A stretch of 64,000 nucleotides of DNA. Origin: Phoronis australis. Its lineage: Eukaryota > Animalia > Phoronida. Within the stretch, counting starts at the first letter, position 1; each line of letters starts with the position of its first letter. The notes below the pieces were generated by a model. The model did no database searches, had not been told where the DNA came from, and saw only the letters and a list, made by a program, of their open reading frames with translations. Shown here piece by piece: positions 1 through 12,151 of the stretch. The position numbers and the translations under genes are program-made. Location: positions 25,596 to 89,595 of the forward strand of contig NMRA01000954.1 in assembly GCA_002633005.1 (NCBI GenBank). Reading direction: 5' to 3'.

Positions 1-20
1 CGTGTCTCTAATTTTCACAG

Positions 21-167
21 AAAGTACAAAAGGTACTTCCTGGAGACAGTGGCTTTCAGCGGGTGGTCAAACCAGTTGGATCTGGTAGAGTGCGCATTGA
101 CAACCTAGCCAAGACTACCAGCCAGGCTTGCATAAAGTCCCTGTGTGAGGCTTGTGGGCCTGTTGAG
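21..167 (+). CDS. RBM33: RBM33-like coding exon (RNP2 region)
   Basis: ttttcacag acceptor, GAG|gtttga donor, 147 nt open, phase 0/0. Confidence 0.75.
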
Positions 168-1525
168 GTTTGATTTTAATTAGTTTAATATCTTCATGAA
201 GCTGACTATAAGTTCCATTTTTGTCGTTTAGCTTCTTTAAGATTAGGAGGTAGTTGACAAAACATTGAGACATGAAATCGATGACAAACTTTAATGTAAT
301 AATAAACATTAACATAAAGAAAAAAGTCACAAAGAGTAATCTCATTTTCACAAAAATGAGGAACAGACTTTCCTGATGATCCTTGTGAATTGTGCTGTTT
401 GTTTAATTTGTGTTGTGATATTTTGAGGATTCACTGTAATGTATGAAACGTGCTTTTAAGATTTCCTTAGTAAATGTGGCGCATTTACGTTATACAAGTG
501 TTGTACTTAACGTGATGTAAAATCTACATCACCAAAGTTTTTAAATACCAAAATTTCATCTGCTGACAGTAGTTCCCACACGTGCTTTCTTCACATCAGA
601 TTCGTCAACCAGATGTTTTTGAAGATGTTAACAATTTTTTACCATTAAATGTAACATCCCTTGTTCTAGTCACATGACCTTCGCAAAAATTCACAGTCCA
701 AAATTGTTAAACAAGTCACCACTAGGGCTGAGTTCAGTAGATGCAAAATGATAAAGCTTGTGTGATCACATGCTTGGCTTGTAATGCATAGGGAAATCTC
801 AGGAAGTCTTGTCTTTGTGCAAGTCAGTATAATGCATCTATGGAGAAGGTACCTTGCCAGGATTGTTGTTGAACATAAGGAACTGTTGGCAAGTATTGCA
901 AACAGACTATGCAAAGTAATCCAGATTTCATTGGGCATTCCAACTACCAAATGAACAGTTGTGATTTGAAAAAACTAAAGTGAAATTGTGTTCCACGAGT
1001 TTTCTGCCTCTAGTCTGTAAATGGTTATTTACAGGTTCGATACGAGAGATATTTCACCACGTGACTTGTGTAATGTTACTGTGACTTGTCTGTTCTCTAG
1101 GGTCTTGACTTGCAACAGTCTCGTGGCATAGCCATAGTGAAGTTTGCCAACCCTGCTAACGCTGTCAAGTTTCTTAAACGCCATAATCAGTAAGTATTCG
1201 TTTGTTAAGAGTTAAAAGTTTAACGTCTTATTGCCTGATTTTGTAAAATGTCTCTCATGTGTGATCCGTTCAGTCTTCCCGCATCCTTTACCATTGTTGG
1301 ACAATTCAGTAATAGTTAAACGGAAGCAACTTGTTGCATAATTAACTAAATGTCAAATGATGAAAAATAGTTTGAGACAATACCACCAGATGGCAGCATA
1401 TGTCTAACCAACTCTTACTGTTGGAGAAGTCCGCTGGCAGGCAATTTTCTCATTAAGTCACTATGTTACATTACAGGCGAATGATTGAACTGTCCAAGGT
1501 CAACGTGTCCTTGTTGCCCAACTGA
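21..1525 (+). CDS. RBM33: RBM33-like RNA-binding protein, 3' end (last 3 coding exons; C-terminal RRM); gene starts upstream of window
   Basis: join(21..167,1101..1189,1477..1525), all with AG/GT boundaries and compatible phases. Translation ...RVRIDNLAKTTSQACIKSLCEACGPVE/GLDLQQSRGIAIVKFANPANAVKFLKRHN/QRMIELSKVNVSLLPN* resembles the RBM33 C-terminal RRM as I recall it (VEGLSSSTTDAQLKSLLMSVGPIQ...KAIAKFKEPAHALAFQQKFHRHMIDLSHINVALI). Confidence 0.8.
1101..1189 (+). CDS. RBM33: RBM33-like coding exon (RNP1-like SRGIAIVKF)
   Basis: ttctctag acceptor, CA|gtaagt donor, 89 nt. Confidence 0.8.
1477..1525 (+). CDS. RBM33: RBM33-like terminal coding exon
   Basis: ttacag acceptor; phase completes CAG; RMIELSKVNVSLLPN then TGA at 1523-1525. 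Confidence 0.75.
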
Positions 1526-2779
1526 AGCAGACGTTAGGTCAGAGTTCAGCAAATCAAGTGGTGGAAGATGAGGTCAGAAGATATCCATGGGTTCAGAGAG
1601 TGAAGTCGTGAAACAAACAACAAGGTTTATTTGCTGTATTGTTCATGAGATCTGTACCTTGTAAATATTTGTGATGAGCTTTTATTAGTGTTTTCCGTAT
1701 TAGATATGATAGGCAAAACTGTTGCCTATAGCTGGTGCTTTGTGTTGGTGATGTTCATAGCATTGTTACTGTTGGCCTGAATGCAAGGCGTCTGCTGCCC
1801 AGTCAAGCAAGTACTGCAAGGACCTCTTCTGGCAAGGATAGTGTAAAGCAGGGGACACAACTCCATTCTAAAGAAACAGCCTGTATCATCTGCTGCTGGT
1901 CACAATAACAAACAGAGCTGTCAATCATTTGGGTATGTCTTGGATTTCCATCTTTTGGACTAGTCAGAGATGAGCAATGTTAGAAAGAAGATGGATGTCA
2001 AAAGATGTTGAAACATTTTTCCTTTGTGACTATAGACTTATCAGGTGGGCAGTAACGACTATTCTGTGCTGGCACACTAGTGAAATGCAATCACAAAAAC
2101 TCTGATTTAAGACTTTTCCTACTTAAAAAGATAGCTGGGCTCGTTTTACTGTACTTATGAACTCCGGGCTGTGCAAGAAAGTCCCGTCTGAGACAACGTT
2201 GTGGAAAAAAGTGCACATGCAGCACTCCGATCTGGTGCTAAAACGTTTTTCCTGTTTTCTAGTTTTTGAGAAATGAATCGTATGATTATGGTATATAAAT
2301 GTTAAATATTAAAAGGAGAGTTAATGGTGAAAGCATGATACGTCGACCAGCTGTAAGTAGGGGTCAGGAGCACTTTAAGTTTTAAAGTTATTGATTTTGA
2401 ACTAAATGATTCATTTTTGATCAAAAATAGTCGGTAAGAAATGTAAACTATAAAATTCTTTAAATAGGATAAATAATTATGTGACAATAAGATTGCTAAT
2501 GAAACAATATTTTGCACTACGTAATGGAATTGTCACCTTGGGTTTTCTCAAATTGATAACAATTATACAAAATATCCAAAATTATTTATTTCAAGAAATG
2601 TTTTCATCTCATGTGCCCCAAGTGTGCACAAAGTCCTTTCCTGTTACCAATACTGTTGTTTTCACCAAAAATAGTTGGCTCTGATTTGGCAATATTGTGA
2701 TTTGATTAGTGTATTATGTTGCTTTCAGCATATGTTTTCATTCAGTGAAGATGCCAAAAGCAGTTATACATAGCTTCAT

Positions 2780-4810
2780 TTTTATGTGCCCTCATATTCA
2801 TGTGTGGTCACATATTGCTGTCATCTTTGGCGTCCATCCAGCTGTCGGTCCCACATCCATGGCTGTTTCTCTTAAACCCCTACGTGGGCTTGTTGTAAAA
2901 TTTCGCAAATGTTTATTCCCATGAACTTGGCAACAGACGATGACATCTTTTGGACCAATCTACTGGTGTGCCCCCTTGTGGCACGTTTAGTGTTTTTGTT
3001 TGCCTTTGTATCTTCGGAGTTCTGTGACATATTTTCATGAATTTTTTGGTTATAGATACGTCTTGAAAGAGGCCTGCAATATGAAAAACATACTAAATTG
3101 CACCATTCAAAATGGTTCTCTGCTATTAAAATAGAATTCAAACTGTTCACCAGTATTTTTATGGTTTCTTTGGAAAGATTTCAAATTTCTGTTGATGTCA
3201 AAGCAGTTTTCTTTTATTTTCAAATTTCAAAAAAACGATGTGTCAGCTGCTCATCACTTCATCGATTTTATTTGGTATGGCAAGGCATAGACATAGCACA
3301 TTTCCTTTATAATTATGGAAAGTGTGACCTTTCACTTTTGATGTAAACAAAACAATAGCGACTTCAAGCAGCAGCCCATCTCTCCATTGATGTTAGTCCT
3401 AGCGGTTTAAAATTGGCAGTATTCCAATATACTCTAAAATGCACTTGGAACTCTTTTTTGCCACAGACTGTGCTGTTGACCTCAGATTTGGATTGTGTTT
3501 TCACATGATAATCTGCTGTTGAGAATTATGATATCCTTCTTGTCAGTCATCTGTTTGTCAAATGACTGAGGGCGTGCACACATGGGTCATACGTGAGAGG
3601 GATATTTGAAACTATGGTGACTACTGAGTTTTTCCTTTGCGCATATTACAAAAATCAGGAAGTAAATTCCTTCACGGGGGAAGTGAACAACTCTGTTGTA
3701 GACACTGTAACTGTCTTCAAGAATTGTTTAAAGGATAGTTTTGATAGCTTTCGCATTCCACGCCTCTTTAAGGGACAACAAAGCCTTCCTATTATCGTTT
3801 GGATATTTCTTATTTTGTGTCACTTTGTGGCCATAAGAACCATTATGCAAATTGTCAGATGTCTTAATGTTGAGAAGAGCAGAACTGATGTTTATTTTTG
3901 GATGGCACCCACGTTTGTGGCAGTTTTTTATGTCTGCACCTGTATCTTGCATGTTTTTTTGTTGAATTTGACAACTACTGACAAAAAAATCAAGCGGATC
4001 TGTCTGTGGTTGTGCCCCCTAGTGTCAGTTTTATTTATTTTCATTTCTGTTTCTTTGGAGTTCTGTGGCAATGACAAATTTCCATTTTCTTACTGGATTT
4101 GACATATTGTATGTCACCAAGTAATCACTTTCATTGTTTTTGAGTTTTTTGGCATCTGCCTTTCTGTTAACCAAACAATTCGTAACGATCATGAAATTGG
4201 CACATTTGCTTTTACCAGGAAGTGCATTGCCGAAGTTGATTTTTTGACCACTGGGGTGCCCCCTATAGGCATTTTTTTACCTGTGGCTCAATATCTTGAT
4301 GATTCTTTGTGGTGTGTGTTTCTGCTGAGGTTTATGGGACAAATATGACTACAGTGTGTACCCTAGTGGCATTGTTGGTTTTCTTGGCCAAGTTCCGATG
4401 GATGCTCTGGAAATGTTGTAAATAAGCTATTATCACGGAGACAAGAGCACCTGCCCATTTCAGTTGGATTTGACCTAGGTTGTGCCCTCTAGTGGCCGTT
4501 TTATTACTTGTTTTTGTCTCTTCTTTGTCGTCCGCCTCCCTATCCGTCAATCAGCATTGAAGAATTATGGTGAAAGGAGGCAGGTGTGTTCCTATTGAGG
4601 AGAGTATTGATAAGTTGATTTGCACCCCCTAGAGGCAGGTGTGTTCCTATTGAGGAGAGTATTGATAAGTTGATTTGCACCCCCTAGAGGCTATTGTTTA
4701 CTAGTATTGCTTGTTTAGTGAGAATGTTTGAAATAATGAATGATCCCTTGTATCAGGGCTGTATGCAATGCACATGGTGGGCGCATATCAACATTCCCGG
4801 TTGCTCTTGT
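2780..4810 (-). mobile_element. Non-autonomous Helentron/HINE-like element with CTCF-motif subunits (copy 1, diverged)
   Basis: Reverse complement begins ACAAGAGCAACCGGGAATGTTGATATGCGCCC, as in the copy at 32046. The 3' hairpin/GGAC end lies near 2780-2850. Internal gccactag(a/g)gggcac-type motifs occur at ~2966, 4012, 4360, 4483, 4621, 4676. Confidence 0.6.
4577..4691. repeat. 55-bp perfect tandem duplication
   Basis: gaggcaggtgtgttcctattgaggagagtattgataagttgatttgcacccccta twice (starts 4577, 4632). Confidence 0.9.
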
Positions 4811-5037
4811 AAATAATAATGAATAAAACTAAATAAAGTTCTTAAGGGACTTACATTCATTTTGCAATCAACAGTCATATTTATTTTATCAGTTAGTTTT
4901 TGTGAATGCATTTCAAACTGTCACAGCAGTCGCGACCACCAGTAGGCATTGTTTGAAGCTTCCAACCAGCGTGAGGCGGCAACTTGTCTGGACTGTATTT
5001 GAGGATTGCCATGGATATTAGACATTGATGTGTTGAG

Positions 5038-5490
5038 GAGTGTTCAGTGTATATGATCGTGCACCGAGTGTTCAGTGTATATGATCATGCACCGAGTGTT
5101 TAGTGTAAATGATCATGCACCGAGTGTTCATTGTATGTGATCATTCACCGAGTGTTCAGTGTATATGATCATACACCGAGTGTTCAGTGTATATGATCAT
5201 GCACCGAGTGTTCAGTGTATGTGATCATTCACCGAGTGTTCAGTGTATATGATCATGCACCAAGTGTTCAGTGTATATGATCATGCACCGAGTGTTTAGT
5301 GTATATGATCATGCACCAGATGTTTAGTGTATATGGTAATTAGCTGAATTTTCAGTGTATATGATCATGCACTGAAAGTTCAATGTATGTGATCATGCAC
5401 TGAGTATTCAATGTAAGTGATCATACATTGAGTTTTCAGTGTAAAGGATCATGCACGGATTGTTCAGTGTAAATGATAATACACTGAGTG
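5038..5490. repeat. 28-bp minisatellite, ~16 copies
   Basis: Unit gagtgttcagtgtatatgatcatgcacc, head-to-tail, no spacers, decaying to the right. Confidence 0.95.
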
Positions 5491-8400
5491 CTCCATTCAA
5501 ACTTAAATCTTTGGTGCGGTGCTGGCCATGTGGCTAGGGAAGAATAATTGGTTGAGTCACAGAGTTATACCCTCACACAGGAGGCAGTCAGGTAGTTTTT
5601 GCTGTTACATCCGTAGTTAAGAGCTAGGAATACTGTGAAGGACTGTTGAATTCTAATAAACACGATGTCAAAGAAGACTTCATATCTAGACATTTAAATT
5701 TTGAACTTGATAAGTACTAGGAAAGTAGTAAAATGTTTGCAAACCCAAATTCAAAATCATGCTGTTAACTAAGTGTTTGTGCATTCAATGTTTATGTTTG
5801 TAAGTGAGAGCAGAGAAAAGAGACCGTACTCTAGTTAGCAGTAGTGTTAGGCATAAACATTACTTGTAAACGTGGCCTTAAGTCTTTCAACATTTCCTCA
5901 AAAGTTTACTTTTATGCTTAGGCACCTGTTTGCCTATTTCTAGTGATGAATAAGCAATGCATTAATAAATGGATTTGTGACGTATATGCAGTGGATCGTG
6001 GGAAGTGAATCAATGAAACTAGAGAATGCTCACCTCCTTCTTTAGGCAACAGTTGACGAGGAAGACTAATGTTCGGTAACTTTTTTCATAAAGAGTTCCA
6101 ATTCCTACCAGTTAACTTAGAGAAAGGCCTCCATAGAGAATGTTGCACTGGCTTGTAGTCCTTATGATCTCTTTGTATAATTGGGAATTTTCTAGTCCTT
6201 GTTAACATTGGTTTATAATTCATTGAGCTGCTCTCAATATAGCATTGTAAACCTCCAACATAAGTGACTACTGTCTAGTCGCATCTTCAGATAAACGTAT
6301 ATCATCATGTAATCCCTTTTTTAACAATGTTAGCTCTCAAAGCCAATCTTGAATGGTAACACTTGTAAATTTGATTTTTACAGTATGTTAAGAGCATTGT
6401 TCTGAGCCCACTAGTGCCAAAAATTGCCAAATGTAACATACTGTTAGGCGTAATGGCTTGCTTTTGTTTACATCACCGCGAAAATCACCTTTTAATTCAA
6501 ACAGCTGCGAATAACACCCTCACGCAATGGTGTTCAGACCCCTATTCAATACAACTGTTGTCGGCATTTTGTTGTTTGTGCTGGGATCTTGTGGTGATGT
6601 GACATGGCACGAAAAGGCACCCTCACTATCATGTGACGGGCTTACATTTGCGTGATTGAAGTCCTGTTTTCTTATTTTACTAAGGCTGTGCTAGGACTAT
6701 CTGGTTAGCTGAATACTTCTAAAATAACAAAATTCCATTGAAGTTAGGCTTTAAGACAGTTGCTTAATAACTTTCTTAAAATAAATGAATATAATTGTCC
6801 GTCTTACCACCAAAGGAACAAGTCATTTTTAACAATCTTTATTTTCATTAAAAATAACTGTTGAGTTAAGACCTTTCTGAGTAAATAATATTACTTAAAA
6901 ATAATAGTTTAAGGGTTGGTTATTTTTTTACAATATACTACTTGGTATAGGATTCTACTAGGCCATTCTATATATGGGTAGCAATCTGAGTCTTTCAGTT
7001 CTTATGGAGACATTTTTTGTTAGAACCCCTAGTGGATGGTGTCACATTCGGGGTACTCGTTGGCTCAAGTTGCCCATTTCTACTTGTACCATGACGATGT
7101 CCCGATGAGCTTGGACATTCTCAGAATGAGTTTGTTGTGATCGGGTCATTACTCAAACATTACCAAACTGATTCGTCGTTGACAAACTTACTAAAACACC
7201 TGTATTTTCACTGTCACTTTTGCCAGTAGCAAAGGGGCCAAAAATAGGAAAGGCAGAAGGTGTCACTTTTTGCTGGAGGTTTGACTTACCCCAAACCTAC
7301 TGGCATTTTTGCAAGCATTTTTATGGCTAGGCGGCTTGCTTCAAATGATACACATGGGCACTGGTTAAAGCCTTTGTTTATTGATGCATTAATCAATTGA
7401 TGGGGAAGTGAACATGTTTTGGCATCAATTTTTCCTTTAAAATCATTGAGGTGGTGAAAAAATAAACTTACTATTGCTACAGAAATGACCCCCCAATGTG
7501 GCCCCCCAGTGTTTATAATTTATTGTCCATGATTAAAGTCGTGTCCACTCTAGGAGTTGCCTTAGAACATCTTGGGCTAATGCACCTTGCACAGTCCACA
7601 CCTTACACCATGTGAAAATATGGCCCAAAAGGATTAGACACTCCCATGTATGTAACTGAGCAGGCACACAGCTCGTAATTACTTCCCCTTGTCTGCAGGT
7701 TTTTACTACAGTGTTTGTGTCCACTCTATGACTTGCATTGAGGCAATTTACCCTAGCTGGATGAGGTGGGGTAAGTTGTCACATGTGTCAGTATGAGAAT
7801 TACCATCCACACAACTTCTAGACCCAGTGACAATGGCTTAGTGGTAACTTGTTCTAGGATAACCTGTAGTGTGGGTGGGTGACTCTTAAAATGTTAAGTT
7901 AAGGCCATCAGAATGTATTATCCCGTATTATTTTGAGTAAAGCCATTCAAAAATAAAAGACGAAGTGAAAGGTTTTATGCTTCTTGCTAAATTTACTTGC
8001 ATCGTTTCCCTAAATTTTTTAAAATTAATTTGCCATTTTGGTAGATCTGCCTTGCCAATGTTAGTCTTTAAACCCGAGTTTTGAAAGTTAGGAATTAGAT
8101 ATGAATTTAACTTTTCAAAAGATGAAGTTTATTATTTTAAAAACACTTTTCATAATCCTTGAAATGACTAAGTGGAAAAGCTAATTTTTTTGCGAAAAGT
8201 AGGAATTTGAAGTCTTAGTAAATTGCCACACTGCATTGTCTGTCATAGTACTGTGCATTACTTGTTATATGTCATAGTACAGTGCAATACTTGTTATATG
8301 TGACCTCTGGTACTCAAGATAGTCTGGTCTTGCCTCCTGTATAAGGGAAACTCTGTGTGTTGGATGTTGCCAAGTAAACCAATTTAGTTGGTTTATACAG

Positions 8401-10343
8401 TGCATGCTAAGCATGATAAACATTATCTGGTCTATACCTGGCACATTTTTGTAGTTTGAATATCTAGTGTACAAGAAGCAAGATTTTGTTAAGTTTCACT
8501 GACAGTCTTGTTCATGTTGAGAAAACCTGTTAAATACTTAGTTTTGTGCTGTTATGTTTTGGTACACAAGTGAGATTATGATGTAATTAACATAAGGTGA
8601 CAGTGTTGTGTTGTGTTACTTGTACATAAGCAGATGTTTGAATGACATTAAGGGGAAATTGTGAAGTTTTTTAAATGTTCTATTTTTAATTACCTAAATT
8701 TTAATTGCTTGCTATTATTTTCATAAGCTTAGCAGCATTGTTGCAAATATCCTTTTTAAAAAATCTGGAGATTGTTTAAGTATCAATGAAAGTTTAGTTT
8801 CTATAATAAATTATGTAAGTAAACAAGTAATTGAATGATTGGAAAGATATTTGTGACTTTGAATGCTCTGTTTGATTTTAATATTGTTTTCAGTTTTCAA
8901 CATCAGCAAGTTTGTATTATATGTCAGCTGGTCCACAGGTTCTTACATAATTTATCAAACTCTGCTTTATGTTAAAGACTTGGCAGTTAGATGCAGTACT
9001 CCCAACAGGTCTGAAATGTTCTCTTAAGTCATGTTACTAAAATGTTTTTAAATGAGGCTCCATTTAATACCAGCAAACCTAAGCAACTGAGGCCAGTGTC
9101 TGTTTGAACAAATGTTGCTTTGTCCCGTTTGTAGACAGTTCCAATGTCCCACTATGTTTTATTTTTGTAATGATTAGATTAAGCCTGGCAGTAGAATGAA
9201 GATTCACATAGGTTTAGTTGTAGTCAAGTGTTCTTTGGAAATACATGTATTAAATTTATGTGTGAACATTTCTAGTGTGAGTTGATGGTTTGTACTACTC
9301 TGCTGTTTTATGTTACTTGGTAATAACACTAGTGTTCAGAATGAAACCCCAGGTGTGCTTAGCATGTCGACTGGGGTCTTGTGTAATGTCACAAGTGGTA
9401 TGAACCTGTTTTATGCTGCGCCGTAAGCTCACTTCAAGTCTTCCTGTTATTGATGTTTGGATATTATTGAGCAACTTATCTGTGCCCTATGCAATAGCCT
9501 GTTGTGCAAATTATGGGATTTCACAGGACAAGCAGGTTGACTGCCACTGAAGTTCACAGGAGTGCTTTGATTGTACTCTGTGTGTATGTTAACAGTTTCC
9601 TGTTATTTGAGGGCCCTGACTGTATTCCTTTTGTATTTACTACGGTTTAAGTTTCAGGAAAAGACAGAAGGTAATGATACTTCCTTTGGTAATCAGGATT
9701 TTGTCTGTTTTCAGAGAACATCTACAATTATGTAACTGCTGTCCCCATGTGGACATAGAGATTTCACAAAGACTTGGTGCTTATTTTATCATTTCAGAAA
9801 ATCTTAGTTATTCAGGTCATCATATTTTTCCAGCTTTGTGCACTCCACCAAGAGTAGTGTAATCTATCCACTGTTAAGAGACAGGCCTAGGGGAGAAATG
9901 GGAACCAGGGAACCCTCTTTAGCCAAGAATCGTGATTAATTGAAATAGGTGCAACTGGTTGTATGGTCAAAACCATTTTACTCAGGTTGTGAAAAATGGG
10001 TTGTACTGAGCTGCAATTCCTAGCTTTAGTTTAAAAAAATGTCATTTGTGTAGGAACCAGGGGCAAGCCCCCCCTGCTGATTTGTGGGTAGGGACTGCAC
10101 ACCCCTACTGAATTGGAGTGACAAGAAAAACCGTCCTGAACAGCTTTGTAGGTTTTGCTTATCATTTGCAGTAAAGTTGTGTTCATCAAAGACTTACTTT
10201 CAGGCACTACTATGGGATGTGCTGTTGTGGAGAGGTGCCATCTGTAGGGAGAAAGTGACACTTATACAAGTTATTGATATGAGTTATAAAATGCTTGGTT
10301 GATCTAATGACAATTTCTTGGTAGCTAACTTATGTTGCTTTTA

Positions 10344-10648
10344 CAGTGACGGATCTATGATACCATAAGGGGCGGCCCAACATGTTGTCTCGGGGAATTG
10401 GGCAAAGTGCGATTGTATGTACAGCACAGGCCCGAATTTGCAGGGGCCGCTTATGTGAACCTTCTGTTCCGAAAATTGACCGGTGTACAAAAAAAAAAAC
10501 GTGTACACCCCGATCTGGGGCCTCTCCTCCACTACCGGTCCTAGTTACTTACTCAATATTTCCTCAGGCTTCACGTTGTTGCTGTTCCATTTTCCTTGCG
10601 GCAGCCAAGGGGGGGGGGAAGCCGGCCCCCCTCATAAATCCGCCTATG
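10344..10648. mobile_element. hAT5-like MITE (5-bp TSD TTTTA)
   Basis: Termini CAGTGACGGATCTATGA ... TCATAAATCCGCCTATG, flanked by tttta/tttta. Confidence 0.7.
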
Positions 10649-12108
10649 TTTTAATAATGAATCTTGCAATAGCTTTACTGTGTTTTGCATTTGTGTATAT
10701 GAGCTTCAGTGTTGGTCAACTTGGCTTGAGCCTGTGTACTTATTCCCATGTCTACTTTTACTATGATGTAGCCATGAACTGCAACCACTCTGTAATCATT
10801 TGAAAGTCACCACACTGAGAAATAGGCCACCCCTAGAAAAGTATCCGTTTGTGTTATGAAAATTAGAAGGCTAACTCGCTCCATAAAATTGATAATTAAA
10901 GGTTTCGGTAACCTGAGTTGAGTGGTGCTGTAAGTGGCACTTAGTGCAAGATAACATTGGGTCTTAGCTCCAGTGGCAGGAGTTAGTTGAAACTGCAGCA
11001 CGCAGGTGTTAGTTGTTCGTTGTTGAATGGTTGACGACTCCGAAACAAAGCCAGGCCATTTTCAAGTGACTGGTTACGTAACTATGAAGCTGTGATCTGA
11101 CAAGGTAATTTTTCTGTTATCAAAGGAATATTGTGAGTTGTTCACAATTTGGACAATGTCAAATGTTGTCGAGTGTCTAGTGACGATCACGACTCAGTGT
11201 ACCTCTTCGTCGTATTGATAAAATGATGGTGGACTTCCGTCAGAGGTCGCTATGTCTATGTGTGTAACGCACGCTCCTGTAACGCGAAGTGGTTAGCAAA
11301 ATTCAGTAAAATTACGTGTACCTGGCGGACGGGAACCGAGTTACAGTTTGGAGAGAACGTTTGAGGTCCTCTGGTTAATATAGTCACGAATTCACCTTTT
11401 GATGGTGTACTTTGCAATAAAATTAAGGGAATTGTCATGTGCCCTTGCGCGGACACGTGCACGTAATTTTTCTGAAATTTCTCGATGATGATGCCGCATG
11501 CTAATTGTGTGCGTTGGTTTTCTTCTCGTCCTGACGTGGACAGCAACGCGGAGGTCAATTTTTTACAAGTAGTGACATTAGGCCTATGTGTCTTGACAAG
11601 GAAACCTGAATTTTGTTCCCTCTAAAAGTTTTGTGTCGGTAGAGGCCATAGCGTTGTTAATGTGTTAAGTCAATGCATGATTTCATATAGACAGTGACCA
11701 CAGTCTTTACTGATCAGTAGGACGGTGGTCACTGTCCAGACTTCATAGCTAGTGTATGTTATTTGCCTCTGGTTACTAATTGCAAACCACTCGCAGTATC
11801 GGGCCCTGCTGCCTTCGCCGGGGATTGTCATAGGAGGATGCAGCATCAGAACAATTATTTTTAACAATACAAGTTAGTTATAGGTACGCTACACATCCCG
11901 TTTTAGTTCCCCTGTGCTGCCAAGCATAACTTAAGGTCACTTGTATTGTAATCCATCCGGGCATATCAATGTGCAGTGAATGTCTCAATGCACTCCACTC
12001 TTTCACATTATGTTTTTGTTGAACAGTAACAAGGGCTGGTCTCGTTTGTTCATGTTTGACTGAATTAGCCGTTGTACCGATTAAGACTGCAACAAGCCCC
12101 CGTTTCGT

Positions 12109-12151
12109 CAAACAAACTGACCTTTGACCCAAACAAACTGACCTTTGACCT
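12109..12151. repeat. 21-bp tandem duplication with two DR1-type nuclear receptor motifs
   Basis: caaacaaactgacctttgacc x2; TGACCTTTGACC(C/T) at 12118 and 12139. Confidence 0.7.

Noticed and set aside
3593-4102. 169-aa hydrophobic ORF as a membrane protein gene
   Set aside because: GTG start, largely antisense to Helentron-like repeat subunits, no recognisable domain
5038-5490. CRISPR-like array (28-bp repeats)
   Set aside because: Units are contiguous with no unique spacers; no cas genes; eukaryotic context
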